From a virus, in the IMG/VR virus record IMGVR_UViG_3300024999_000065, positions 28,136-92,135 of that record: 64,000 bases of DNA, one strand, 5' to 3'. Each line of letters begins with the position of its first letter. The first letter of the stretch is position 1. Below, piece by piece: positions 41,429-51,557 of the stretch. Made by a program: the position numbers and the translations under genes. The notes under the pieces are model-generated. The model was not told where the DNA came from. It did not search any database and saw only the letters and a program-made list of their open reading frames with translations.

Positions 41429-42056
41429 ATGTGTATAATTTTACATAAGCCAGCAAATACAGAACTCCCGGACATATCAACACTAGAAACCTGCTTCCAA
41501 AACAAACAATTCTCACGGGGCCGGATTTATGTATCAGCACGACAACCAGGTACATATTCAAAAAGGTTTTATGACGTTTAAATCCCTTATAACAGCACTT
41601 GATCAACTCCAACAAAAAATCAATATAACTAATACTAACCTAACGATCCACTTCCGCTTGGCTTCTCATGGCCGAATAACAGCAGGTAATTGTCACCCCT
41701 TCCCAGTAACAAAAAATCAAAATAAATTAAAAGCCAAATCCTGTATAACAGATCTGGCAGTAGTTCACAACGGTATAATTCCATTTACTTCCTATAACAG
41801 ATCAATATCAGACACTATTTTATTTGTCAGAGATTATCTCACAGAAATTAAAAATAATCTATTTAACCCTATAACAGCAGAGCTTATATCACATGCCACA
41901 AAAAGTAAATTTGTCATAATGTCACCTGATAATATACAATTAATAGGAGAATTTATCTTAGATGAATATGATAAATGTTATTATAGCAACGACTCATATA
42001 TTCCTTATTATGGATATTATGATAAAGAGGAAGAATATAATTATATTAATTATTAA
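41429..42056 (+). pseudogene. Class II glutamine amidotransferase, frameshifted
   Basis: MCII start after GGAGG; frame change at 41500-41507 (AAAC x2); restored frame gives NNSHGAGF...HFRLASHG..NCHPF..HNGI..SDT. Confidence 0.8.
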
Positions 42057-42551
42057 TACCCTTTTAAACTCAAAAACAAAAAATAACTAGGAACTAACCA
42101 AAATAGTATAGCCAACAAAGCTATACTATTATTTTTTTGCTTAATTCTCAAATCTCTAATCCTCAATAACAGCAGCCCACATAACACCAGCCAAAAATTC
42201 ACCCTCACAGGACGGCCAATAAGCCACATAAAAACAAATTCAGGTATATTATAACCTATAATTCCTTAAAACTTATCCTATAACAATAATTAGATATAAA
42301 ACCTATAAAAATATAAAATACTTAGATATAATAATTATTAATACACTATAAACAAATGTAAATGCACTGTAAATTCTATACATAATAAAAAAATAAATAT
42401 TTATCAAAAACCTATTGCAATTATCTCAAATATCTGTATAATAGTATTTAGCACCAAACAACACAATAAAATAAATACATAAAGCAACGAACCATGAACG
42501 CTTGTAACAACTCTTTGAAAACTAAATATAATTTATAGGAGGTCATTTAAA

Positions 42552-43376
42552 ATGGCATTAGCAACACGTTTTGGAAGAAATAGCAACGCTCTTAGGTCGA
42601 ATATTCCTTTAGACAATTCACAATTATTCAGGATTGCACCAAGCATATTCGCTAATGAAGCTCATGAATCCAGATCGGCAAGATATACCTACATACCAAC
42701 TATTGACGTATTAGACGGATTGAAAAAAGAAGGTTTCCAGCCGTTCTTTGTAGCACAATCCCGTTCAAGAATTGAAGGAAAATCAGAATTTACCAAGCAT
42801 ATGCTCAGACTTCGCCAAACCGGAGAAATTGAAAAAGCAGAAGCAAACGAGATTATTCTTATTAATTCTCATGACGGAACTTCTTCTTACCAAATGATGG
42901 CAGGTTGTTTTCGCTTTGTCTGCCAGAACGGTATGGTCACGGGTGACATAGTGGAGGATATCAGAGTTAGACATAAAGGAAATATTGTCCATAACGTAAT
43001 AGATGCAGCTTACACCATTGTTGATGACTTTGAAACAGTGACCGAAAGTATCGACGGTATGAAATCAACATTGCTATTACCAGAAGAACAGGAAATATTT
43101 GCAGAAGCAGCTTTATCTTTGAAATATGACGAGAACGAAGCACCTATTACACCTAACCAATTATTGTCAACCAGAAGGATTGCAGACAGAAACCCCGATC
43201 TTTGGTCAAATTTCAACCGGGTACAAGAAAATATCATAAGAGGTGGCTTGAGAGGAAGAACAGCAAGCGGAAATAGAACAACAACCAGGGAAGTAAAAAG
43301 TATAGACAACAATGTTAAACTTAACAAAGCACTCTGGATACTTGCCGATGGAATGAGACAATTGAAACAAGCATAA
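42552..43376 (+). CDS. DUF932/DUF945-family protein
   Basis: APSIF..HESRSARYTYIPT, FTKHMLRLR, NSHDGTSS, FRFVCQNG, NRVQEN. Confidence 0.85.
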   Translation: MALATRFGRNSNALRSNIPLDNSQLFRIAPSIFANEAHESRSARYTYIPTIDVLDGLKKEGFQPFFVAQSRSRIEGKSEFTKHMLRLRQTGEIEKAEANEIILINSHDGTSSYQMMAGCFRFVCQNGMVTGDIVEDIRVRHKGNIVHNVIDAAYTIVDDFETVTESIDGMKSTLLLPEEQEIFAEAALSLKYDENEAPITPNQLLSTRRIADRNPDLWSNFNRVQENIIRGGLRGRTASGNRTTTREVKSIDNNVKLNKALWILADGMRQLKQA

Positions 43377-43849
43377 ATTAAACTTAAACCCTGTTTAGTA
43401 GCTTATTAAATTAAGTAAAACTAAACAGGGTTTTACTATGTTTTTTTATTTGACTAATAACAGCTAATACCAGTCCAACCAGAGCAACAACAAAATAACA
43501 TAACAACCTTAAACTTATCACTCACACCACTAAATAACACCTTCCTACAAACCCCATACAACCACTTAAAACCCTTTACACATACATTTACCTACAATTC
43601 CTAGAATGACTTGCTATAAAGATAATTAGATAAACCTATACACAAATTTATTATAACTTATTGCTTGTTTATCATAAGATACTTGGATAAAACTATATAA
43701 ATATATAATATATTGTATATAAAATGTATGTAAGTATTAAATCTAAAAAACTAACGGCCTAAACAATATAAAAATAATGCTTGCTATTAACTAATAACTA
43801 TAGTATTATATTAAATATACATATTAAATTATTTTAGGAGGTCGTAAAA

Positions 43850-44044
43850 ATGACTAAATATTATGTTGCCGATAAATCAAAACCTGGTTACGTTTGCGGA
43901 GTTATACATGATTATGTACCAATTGAATTAAGAGATACACCAGAGGAACAAGCAAGCTATAAAAATAAAAATGACGCTCAGGAATTGGCTGATGAATTAA
44001 ATATTTTAGACAATACAAATGATTATTATGTTATTGAGTTATAA
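43850..44044 (+). CDS. Hypothetical protein
   Basis: Promoter, AGGAGG RBS, terminator. Confidence 0.65.
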   Translation: MTKYYVADKSKPGYVCGVIHDYVPIELRDTPEEQASYKNKNDAQELADELNILDNTNDYYVIEL

Positions 44045-44205
44045 CCTTAGAAATTATCTAAGGTTTTTCTTTTGTCTAAATCAAATAAACAATCTAAAAA
44101 TAATAATCCCTATAAATTTTAGATAAAATTTATAGACAATTAACACCTAATATGTTATACTTATTTCACTGCAAATTAAAATAAATTTTAGGAGGGCTTT
44201 ACATA

Positions 44206-44445
44206 ATGAAAAAAGGTTACGTATTCTCTTTTTGGTATAATGGACGTTGGACTAATAACGGGATACTCGAAAATGGTATGATATATACATTTTTAGAAAG
44301 TATTAAGAATGATATTGAAATCGGTTTTAAAGCCAATGCAAGAAGAGATATAAGAATAGTAGAATTTGAATATTATAGTGGTAGACAAGGGGAAAAGATG
44401 AATAATATTAAAATTATAGAGGAATTATCTTATAAACCAGCCTAA
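44206..44445 (+). CDS. Hypothetical protein
   Basis: AGGAGG RBS, terminator. Confidence 0.65.
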   Translation: MKKGYVFSFWYNGRWTNNGILENGMIYTFLESIKNDIEIGFKANARRDIRIVEFEYYSGRQGEKMNNIKIIEELSYKPA

Positions 44446-44591
44446 AAAGCTGGTTTTTTTATTGCTCATTATCCCAATAAAAGTATTGTTTTATTAAGAT
44501 GCAATATAAATATTTTATTGACATATCATTATAAATAGTGTAATATATTAAATAGATAGTAAAAATAAAATTATCTGAGGAGGTTCCCATA

Positions 44592-44897
44592 ATGGCATAT
44601 AAAATTGCAAAGGCCACAATAACAAGAGATGATAACTTATACTACATATTCGATACAATAGGAAATTTAACAGCAACAACGGAAGAACAAGCGGATCAAG
44701 CAACATTAGCATTTTTTAACACAGAAATTAACATAGGATTTATTAAAGAAAAAAGTATTAGAGGGTTAAATAAATGGCAGGATGAATCGGTAAGAATATT
44801 AAACATACATAATTTAAGCTGGAAAGATATAGATCAAGGAAAAGAAATAGAAATAGAAACAATATACGAAAAATACATACCTTTAAATCAATTATAA
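44592..44897 (+). CDS. Hypothetical protein
   Basis: TTGACA promoter, GAGGAGG RBS. Confidence 0.7.
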   Translation: MAYKIAKATITRDDNLYYIFDTIGNLTATTEEQADQATLAFFNTEINIGFIKEKSIRGLNKWQDESVRILNIHNLSWKDIDQGKEIEIETIYEKYIPLNQL

Positions 44898-44965
44898 ACC
44901 ATATCTAATATGGTTTATTTTTTTGTATTTAATGTATTAGACATAAATATAATGTTCCTCACCAT

Positions 44966-44981
44966 TGTTCCACGTGGAACA
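44966..44981. promoter_or_regulatory. Second parS palindrome
   Basis: TGTTCCACGTGGAACA, intergenic. Confidence 0.85.
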
Positions 44982-45098
44982 TAATCAAAAAATAAATTAT
45001 CCCAACAAATTAGCTCCAAACTATAGACATTAGACGGCCAATTTGGTATAATGTATTTGTTAGATTATATATTTTATATATCAAAAGGAGTTGATCGA

Positions 45099-45360
45099 AT
45101 GAAGTTAGAAACAATAATCAAAAAAAGCACTCAATGCGCAGCATCAATTTAATTTTGCGGAAGAAAATTATCAGAAAGCAAAATATACATATGAAGAAAA
45201 AGAAAAACACGATAGAGTAAAATATTGGTATAAAAAGATATCTGACTATAGGGAAAAGATATCTTTTAGCGCAACAACGGAAGAATATTTGAATTATCTA
45301 AAGGAATGCGAAAAAATAGAAGAAATATTTAATAGTAGAAAGAGTGCAACAATAAAATAA
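45099..45360 (+). pseudogene. Hypothetical gene frameshifted in an A7 tract
   Basis: AGGAG RBS and ATG 45099; removing one A from 45120-45126 gives an 86-aa ORF ending at 45360. Confidence 0.65.
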
Positions 45361-45452
45361 AATTATCTAACAATATTTCACATATAACACCTTCCCTATA
45401 CTGCCCAAAACAACAAGGTATAGGAAAGGTAAAATAAAAAGGAGGTTCTACC

Positions 45453-45653
45453 ATGACTAACATAGAATTAACACAAAAGGCCAAGCAATTAAAGCAGCAA
45501 ATGTCAACTCTCAGGACTAAACCAAAAGCCACGATAAAAGAAATTATTCTATTAATCCAGTGTAAGGAAAAAGGAAATTATCAGGAAATGTATAGCACAA
45601 AGTTATATAATAAGCACTCAGGCGAATATTGCGAATACTTGGGATTAATTTAA
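45453..45653 (+). CDS. Hypothetical protein
   Basis: AGGAGGT RBS. Confidence 0.65.
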   Translation: MTNIELTQKAKQLKQQMSTLRTKPKATIKEIILLIQCKEKGNYQEMYSTKLYNKHSGEYCEYLGLI

Positions 45654-45994
45654 CCTACATTATGTAGGTTATTTTTTTGCTATTTCTCTATAGCAGCTTA
45701 ACAGCAGCCGTACAGTCAATAGCAATCTATATATTTTAACCTATCACCTCAAAAACAACCTCACACAGTCCCCATTTAACCCTATAAAATCCTTTACACC
45801 TGTCATTATACCTTTAATTCCTAGAATCGGCTCAAATATTGATTATTGGATAAAGTTATATGTTATCAATTATATGAATAGTGTAGATAGTATTAATTAT
45901 AGATAAAATTATTATAGAATATTAAAATATTTATTGCTATATTCGATCTTATCCTTTATAATATTATTAATCTAATACATAAGGAGGTAATACA

Positions 45995-46195
45995 ATGATC
46001 ATTAAAGCTAAATTTAATTCCAAATGTCCAGTATGCGGAAAAGAAATACAAATAGGTCAAGAAGTATCTTGGAATCCAGGCAGCAAAGCAATTGTATTAA
46101 AAATTAACGGCAGAATTCCAGAGGGAAAAATCTTAAGTTTGGAGGATATTGAGGAAATCGGGTATACTCTTAAGTTAATGGTTAGAAATAGTTAG
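45995..46195 (+). CDS. Small zinc-finger-like protein
   Basis: AKF.SKCPVCG..I..GQ. Confidence 0.6.
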   Translation: MIIKAKFNSKCPVCGKEIQIGQEVSWNPGSKAIVLKINGRIPEGKILSLEDIEEIGYTLKLMVRNS

Positions 46196-46388
46196 AATAT
46201 TTATCCAGTTTACAGCGGTATCTGGTTAAAAACCGCTCACCAGAAAATAATAGGATTTAGGAGGAATTTTAATGAAGAACAATAATGATAAAATTTTATG
46301 TTATGTAAAATATGCCATGATCGTTGGCAGTGGATGGATATAGTGGTTCTTATGGATTTATATTTATGGTAGAATAGGAGGCAATAAT

Positions 46389-46829
46389 ATGTTAAGTTAC
46401 GATAGAGAAGATTTTGATCAAAAAGTCCCAGAAGAACTATTTAAATTATGGTGTGTCACTGACACATTAGAAATAGAAACTTTTGGGATGGCATTTCAAT
46501 ATAGTTCTAAAAAATTATTTTGCGGCACTTATGAAGAGTGCGAAATATTTCAAAAAGAAAGGAAAGAAAGAAAAGAAAATTTCAAAAAGGAGTGCGACGA
46601 AAGGATTAGAATTAGCCGATTAAATTCAATTTGGGAATTAGCTGAGAAAGCAGGTATGACAGTTGGAGGGACAGCAGAAGAAGTCTTGGAAATTATTTTG
46701 AAAGAATTAAAGTACAATATTGTGGTAACACGGGATGAAATAATTTGTTCAAAACCAGAATTTATTCATACATATGTAGAAAATATATGTTGCCACATAA
46801 TGGAAGTTTTTAATATTAAGCCGTGGTAA
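46389..46829 (+). CDS. Hypothetical protein
   Basis: AGGAGG RBS. Confidence 0.7.
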   Translation: MLSYDREDFDQKVPEELFKLWCVTDTLEIETFGMAFQYSSKKLFCGTYEECEIFQKERKERKENFKKECDERIRISRLNSIWELAEKAGMTVGGTAEEVLEIILKELKYNIVVTRDEIICSKPEFIHTYVENICCHIMEVFNIKPW

Positions 46830-46926
46830 GTTAATATTTATTTGTGACACTGCTATATTTAGTATATAATCTATATAACAGTGTCCCATGATAAGTATTT
46901 TGATTAATATAAGGAGGTATATAATT

Positions 46927-47268
46927 ATGGATTGGGATTATAAAAGGGAATTAGAAAATGTCGTTATGCAAGAAATTGCGGAGCGACAAAAGGATGTTGA
47001 TAGTGTGTATAGAATAATACACAAATATATAACTATCAACTCGATTAATTGCGGTTTAAGAGACATTCCTGCATTTAATCGGTATAACGTAAATATTCAG
47101 TTTGCAACTAAATATTGTTTCAAATTGAATCCTTATTTCAAACTAGAATTACGATCAGTGAATAACTGGAATGTAACAGAAAAGGATATTGCTAAGGATG
47201 TAGAAGTCATACTTAGTAATATTGAAGATTTCCTGAAAAAGTTTTTAACCATTTTCCGGGAAAATTAA
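46927..47268 (+). CDS. Hypothetical protein
   Basis: ATG 46927 after AAGGAGGT. Confidence 0.7.
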   Translation: MDWDYKRELENVVMQEIAERQKDVDSVYRIIHKYITINSINCGLRDIPAFNRYNVNIQFATKYCFKLNPYFKLELRSVNNWNVTEKDIAKDVEVILSNIEDFLKKFLTIFREN

Positions 47269-47284
47269 CTAAGGAGGTTTTACA

Positions 47285-47758
47285 ATGGGACATTTCTATG
47301 ATTCAGAGAAAAATTATCCTCTATATTCTTATTCTAGACCAGATAATTTTCCTCATCTACCAGCACATAATTGTGGAAAATCAAGGATATGTAAAAATAT
47401 AGATTTAGATGAAAATAACAATTGTAAAAATACGGACAAAACTGTATATGACAATTGTAAATTCTATGAAAAGAAAAGGGAAGGAGAATACCCACAATCA
47501 GGAGATCTATTTGTTTTTGGTAATAATTGGGAGGTTGGCAAGAAAGAAGGTCAATTGTCTCAAGAATATTGTATACTTGATGAAAGAAAATATTATTATC
47601 TTATTGTAGAAAAAGAGAGTATCCCTTATCAAGTTATAGAGAAAAAGAATTTGATAGGGAAAGTAACAGGAACTTTTAATATTTATCCTGATGGATACTT
47701 TAGAATTATTAAAAAGTTAGAGAAAGTAATATTTGTTCGTTGGGTTTGCGGAAGATAG
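47285..47758 (+). CDS. Hypothetical Cys-containing protein
   Basis: AAGGAGGT RBS, terminator. Confidence 0.7.
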   Translation: MGHFYDSEKNYPLYSYSRPDNFPHLPAHNCGKSRICKNIDLDENNNCKNTDKTVYDNCKFYEKKREGEYPQSGDLFVFGNNWEVGKKEGQLSQEYCILDERKYYYLIVEKESIPYQVIEKKNLIGKVTGTFNIYPDGYFRIIKKLEKVIFVRWVCGR

Positions 47759-47946
47759 AGGCCAAATGCGGCCTTTTCTTTTTGCTCAAACATGAAATAA
47801 AACTTTACTTTTGTATTAATATTACAATATGCTAATATACAATAAATGTAAAAATAAATATATTGATAAAGTTGCCGTACCCTCTTGTATTTATATTAAT
47901 AATGTGTTATAATGGATAAATGGCATTAATAAAGGAGTGTGGCTTC

Positions 47947-48279
47947 ATGAAAATAACTAGATATGAATGGTTGTTCCAAAACGGAGAAACTAAAGGATTT
48001 TTTCAGGGGCTTGATTGTATCAGCTTTAACGGTCATAATTCCTTTGATTTAAAGCATACTCCAGGGCTTTCGATACCTCCATATGGAACATATAGAAAAT
48101 ACCCTCATGCAAAGAGCTATTTTACAAAAAGGGGCTTAGAAACTTTCCTGCATAAAATTGAATTTATAACAAATTTAATAAAAGAGCTTGATATAAAAGG
48201 AGTAGAATTAATTAAAAAGGAAATAAATGTAAATAGTAAAAATGCTATTTGGAAAGATAAATATCAAGTAATAATATAG
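47947..48279 (+). CDS. Hypothetical protein
   Basis: ATG 47947 after AAGGAG. Confidence 0.7.
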   Translation: MKITRYEWLFQNGETKGFFQGLDCISFNGHNSFDLKHTPGLSIPPYGTYRKYPHAKSYFTKRGLETFLHKIEFITNLIKELDIKGVELIKKEINVNSKNAIWKDKYQVII

Positions 48280-48584
48280 AAAGGAAGTGAAATAATGCAA
48301 AATCCTATTTACAAGGTTATAGAATCGGAAAATGAAAGATTGACAGAACAAGCTAAAAAGTGTGACGAATGTGAAGAAAAAGAAACCTGTACGGAATATC
48401 ATCCTGGGTGGATATGTACAGATGATAAATAAGTATTGATTAACAGGGTTAAATCTATTTATAATATTAATTAATAGAGTCTAAGGACTCTTTTTCTTTT
48501 TGCTTAATGCAATTAACACCTTTACTTTTATATTATTATTGTGTATAATGGGTATAGTCAATATGATTGAAAGGAGCGAATGAA

Positions 48585-48992
48585 ATGTCATATACTAAAA
48601 TTATTAAGCAATGGGAAAGGGAATCTAAGAGAAAGGATAAACAACAAGCAGTCGAAAGAAAACGGCAAAAAGCAATAAATGAAAAATTCCAAGAAGCAAT
48701 TTATATTGCAAAGGGTAAACAGGGAGAACAAGAAAAGGTAGAGCAGGAAGAAAAACAACAAAGAGTATATGCTAGTAAAAGGGAAATACTAGAAATTATA
48801 CAGCATAATAACCCTTTCAGTTATAATCAGTTCTTAGTTATGTATGACATATTTTGTTATAATTATGATCAGATATTGTCAGACTTAAGAAAGAATAAAA
48901 TAACTATAGCTGATATAAAGGCCGTTATTGAGTATATAGAAGGACACAGCAAAGAATTAATAAATGAATATTGGAAGGATAAACTGCAATAA
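48585..48992 (+). CDS. Hypothetical protein
   Basis: ATG 48585 after AAGGAG; terminator. Confidence 0.7.
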   Translation: MSYTKIIKQWERESKRKDKQQAVERKRQKAINEKFQEAIYIAKGKQGEQEKVEQEEKQQRVYASKREILEIIQHNNPFSYNQFLVMYDIFCYNYDQILSDLRKNKITIADIKAVIEYIEGHSKELINEYWKDKLQ

Positions 48993-49093
48993 AGGCCACT
49001 GAGCCTTTTTTATTTTTGCTGAATTAACACTATACAAATATAATGTTATTGTGCTATAATAGATTAAAGGATTATATAGGAGGTGCAGAGCGA

Positions 49094-49303
49094 ATGATTA
49101 AAAAATATTATTGTTTGTGTGAAAATAGTATAACTATTCAAAATGAGTGCGAATTAAACACATTAAAAGAAGTGCAGGAATTTTTAACAGATTTAGGAAA
49201 TTATACTTTAACTATTAATGATTTTGACAATTTAATCCAAATAGGGAAAATTGAAAAATACATTAATAATGAAAGATTTTTAATATTAGTAAAAGAATCT
49301 TAA
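49094..49303 (+). CDS. Hypothetical protein
   Basis: ATG 49094 after AGGAGGT. Confidence 0.65.
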   Translation: MIKKYYCLCENSITIQNECELNTLKEVQEFLTDLGNYTLTINDFDNLIQIGKIEKYINNERFLILVKES

Positions 49304-49428
49304 TTAAAGATAGAGCCGAAAGGCTTTTCTTTTTTGTCTATGAAAATAACACTTGACATTATTATATTTATAGTTTAATATATTAAGTGTCAGATAGCAA
49401 ATACATATTTTTGAGGAGGGTTAATTTT

Positions 49429-49686
49429 ATGAATAATAATATTTATTGGGGTTTAAGACCACAAGCAAAAGGCGAATATATAAATATTAATATTACTACA
49501 GGGATAATTAATTATTGTATTGCTTCAGGTAAAAATATGTGCGGAGTGGTTTATAATATACCATCTAGTATTAAATTATCTGAGTGTATAAAATCATATA
49601 GTAAATTGGAAAAAAGGATAAAAAATACAATAGATAAATTTGCAAAAGAATATCCAATAGAATTTAATAAATGTATCAATATGTAA
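49429..49686 (+). CDS. Hypothetical protein
   Basis: ATG 49429 after GAGGAGG. Confidence 0.65.
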   Translation: MNNNIYWGLRPQAKGEYININITTGIINYCIASGKNMCGVVYNIPSSIKLSECIKSYSKLEKRIKNTIDKFAKEYPIEFNKCINM

Positions 49687-50085
49687 AAATAATTGAATAA
49701 AATAACGATTTCATAATGATATATAAAGGAGGTTTATAATTTATGATATGTCAAAAATGTAAGCAGGAACATGGTAGAAGAGTACAATTTAAATCTAAAG
49801 AAGGATTGAATATTTGCTGGAAATGTTTTAGAGAAGAAATTTCTTCAAGTGATAAAAAACAAAGTAAAAATAGTTAAACAGGGGGTTTTAATCCCTGTTT
49901 TTCTTTATCTCCTTCTTGACAATCTATAAGAATAGTAATATAATTATACTCAGTTAAATACATATAAAACAGGAGCCTAAAAACTCCTGTTTTATTTTTG
50001 TCTAAGGTATTGCAATATTATTATTTTTATATTATAATAGGTATTAAGCAATACATAATAAATTAACTTTGAGGGAGGTTACGCA

Positions 50086-50310
50086 ATGACAAGAGAAGAA
50101 ATGTTAAATTACGTAAAAGAAACGGTAAAGGCTTTTTATGAAGCAGGTGGAACAATTGAAATTAATCAAGGTTTACCATATGTAGCAATTAAACAACCAA
50201 ACGAAGAAGAATACTTTTTTCAGGGTGAAGAGGCTGAGAACTTATTAAATGAAGTTCCTGACGATATAAACGAGGAAGAATATATTATATGGATATCTCA
50301 AGGTTGGTAA
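50086..50310 (+). CDS. Small acidic hypothetical protein
   Basis: GGGAGGT RBS, own promoter and terminator. Confidence 0.7.
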   Translation: MTREEMLNYVKETVKAFYEAGGTIEINQGLPYVAIKQPNEEEYFFQGEEAENLLNEVPDDINEEEYIIWISQGW

Positions 50311-50459
50311 AAATCCAACCTTTTCTTTTTGTCTAAGCATACTTATTTAAAATTAATCATTAAAAACAACAAAAAATATTTGACATTATAATTATATTAT
50401 GTTATCATATATCTAAGGTTAACAACCTAAATCTTATTAATAATAAGGAGGGTCTTAAT

Positions 50460-50921
50460 ATGACCAATCAACCAAAAGTAAGTTTAGAAAATTTGCAAGT
50501 AAAGGTGCAATCTATGCTTGACGGCGAGAAAAAACGCCGTGAAGTAGCTATTCAATTCACCAATATTTTACACAACATTCTTATTGACGTTGCAGAAGAT
50601 ATTTGGGGTTCCGGTGAAAGCAATTATTTTGATGGAACTGCAACGGTGAAAATTAAAGACAAAGAGGGTAAGAATAAACCCACTGACTTTTATTTCCGAT
50701 TTAATAAGCATATCACAGAACGCAAAGACGAGGACACAGGCTTTTATTTTTCTGTTGAATACCCACTTTGGGGAACTGCCGTAAAGGATTTAAAAGGTGC
50801 AGATTTTTGGAATGCTATTAGATGTGTTATTAACTGGATTCCTGTGTTAGTGGAGATTATTGATAACCGGAATAACAGCAGGGATCAATTGCTCAGTTTG
50901 GTTAATGTGGATCAATTGTAA
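50460..50921 (+). CDS. Hypothetical protein
   Basis: AAGGAGG RBS. Confidence 0.75.
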   Translation: MTNQPKVSLENLQVKVQSMLDGEKKRREVAIQFTNILHNILIDVAEDIWGSGESNYFDGTATVKIKDKEGKNKPTDFYFRFNKHITERKDEDTGFYFSVEYPLWGTAVKDLKGADFWNAIRCVINWIPVLVEIIDNRNNSRDQLLSLVNVDQL

Positions 50922-51121
50922 TATTATAGATGGAATTTATTATTAACTCTCAGAAATGGGAGTTAATTTTATTTTCTAAAATTAGATCCAAAGGAAAATT
51001 TCATGATCTTTTAAATTAGTACAGGTACAGAGTATAAAAATAATTTTCTTGACTTGTGAACAGAAGTAAATTATAATTATAAGCAAGCACATACATATAA
51101 ATTAACGGGAGGTATCTTACT

Positions 51122-51436
51122 ATGATAATGGAAGAATGGAGAATTTTTATAAAAGTAAGGGCAATTATGAAAAAAGTTGATCATCCTCTTATGGTGGAAG
51201 CATTTAATAAATTTTGGTTAGGTTTTCAAGATTTAAAAATTAAACCTTCTACATTAAACCAATCATTTACTGCTCAAGAATACCTTAGAAAAGTATTACC
51301 AGATATTAAAAAACAAGCTGAATCATGCTTGTATGCTGGATATAAACCCAATAAAGGAATATCAAAGCAACAGGAAATAGTAAATAAAAATAGTGGTAAT
51401 ATGATGGAAATTATATCAGTGTTGGAGCAGTATTAA
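51122..51436 (+). CDS. Hypothetical protein
   Basis: GGGAGGT RBS. Confidence 0.7.
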   Translation: MIMEEWRIFIKVRAIMKKVDHPLMVEAFNKFWLGFQDLKIKPSTLNQSFTAQEYLRKVLPDIKKQAESCLYAGYKPNKGISKQQEIVNKNSGNMMEIISVLEQY

Positions 51437-51557
51437 ACAGGGTATTTATTACTCTGTTTTTCTTTTAAACTTATAAAATAATATTGACAGTATGAATTTA
51501 TTTTGATATACTAAATACATTAGATTATAAAAATAATTAATAACGAGGTGCTAAACA

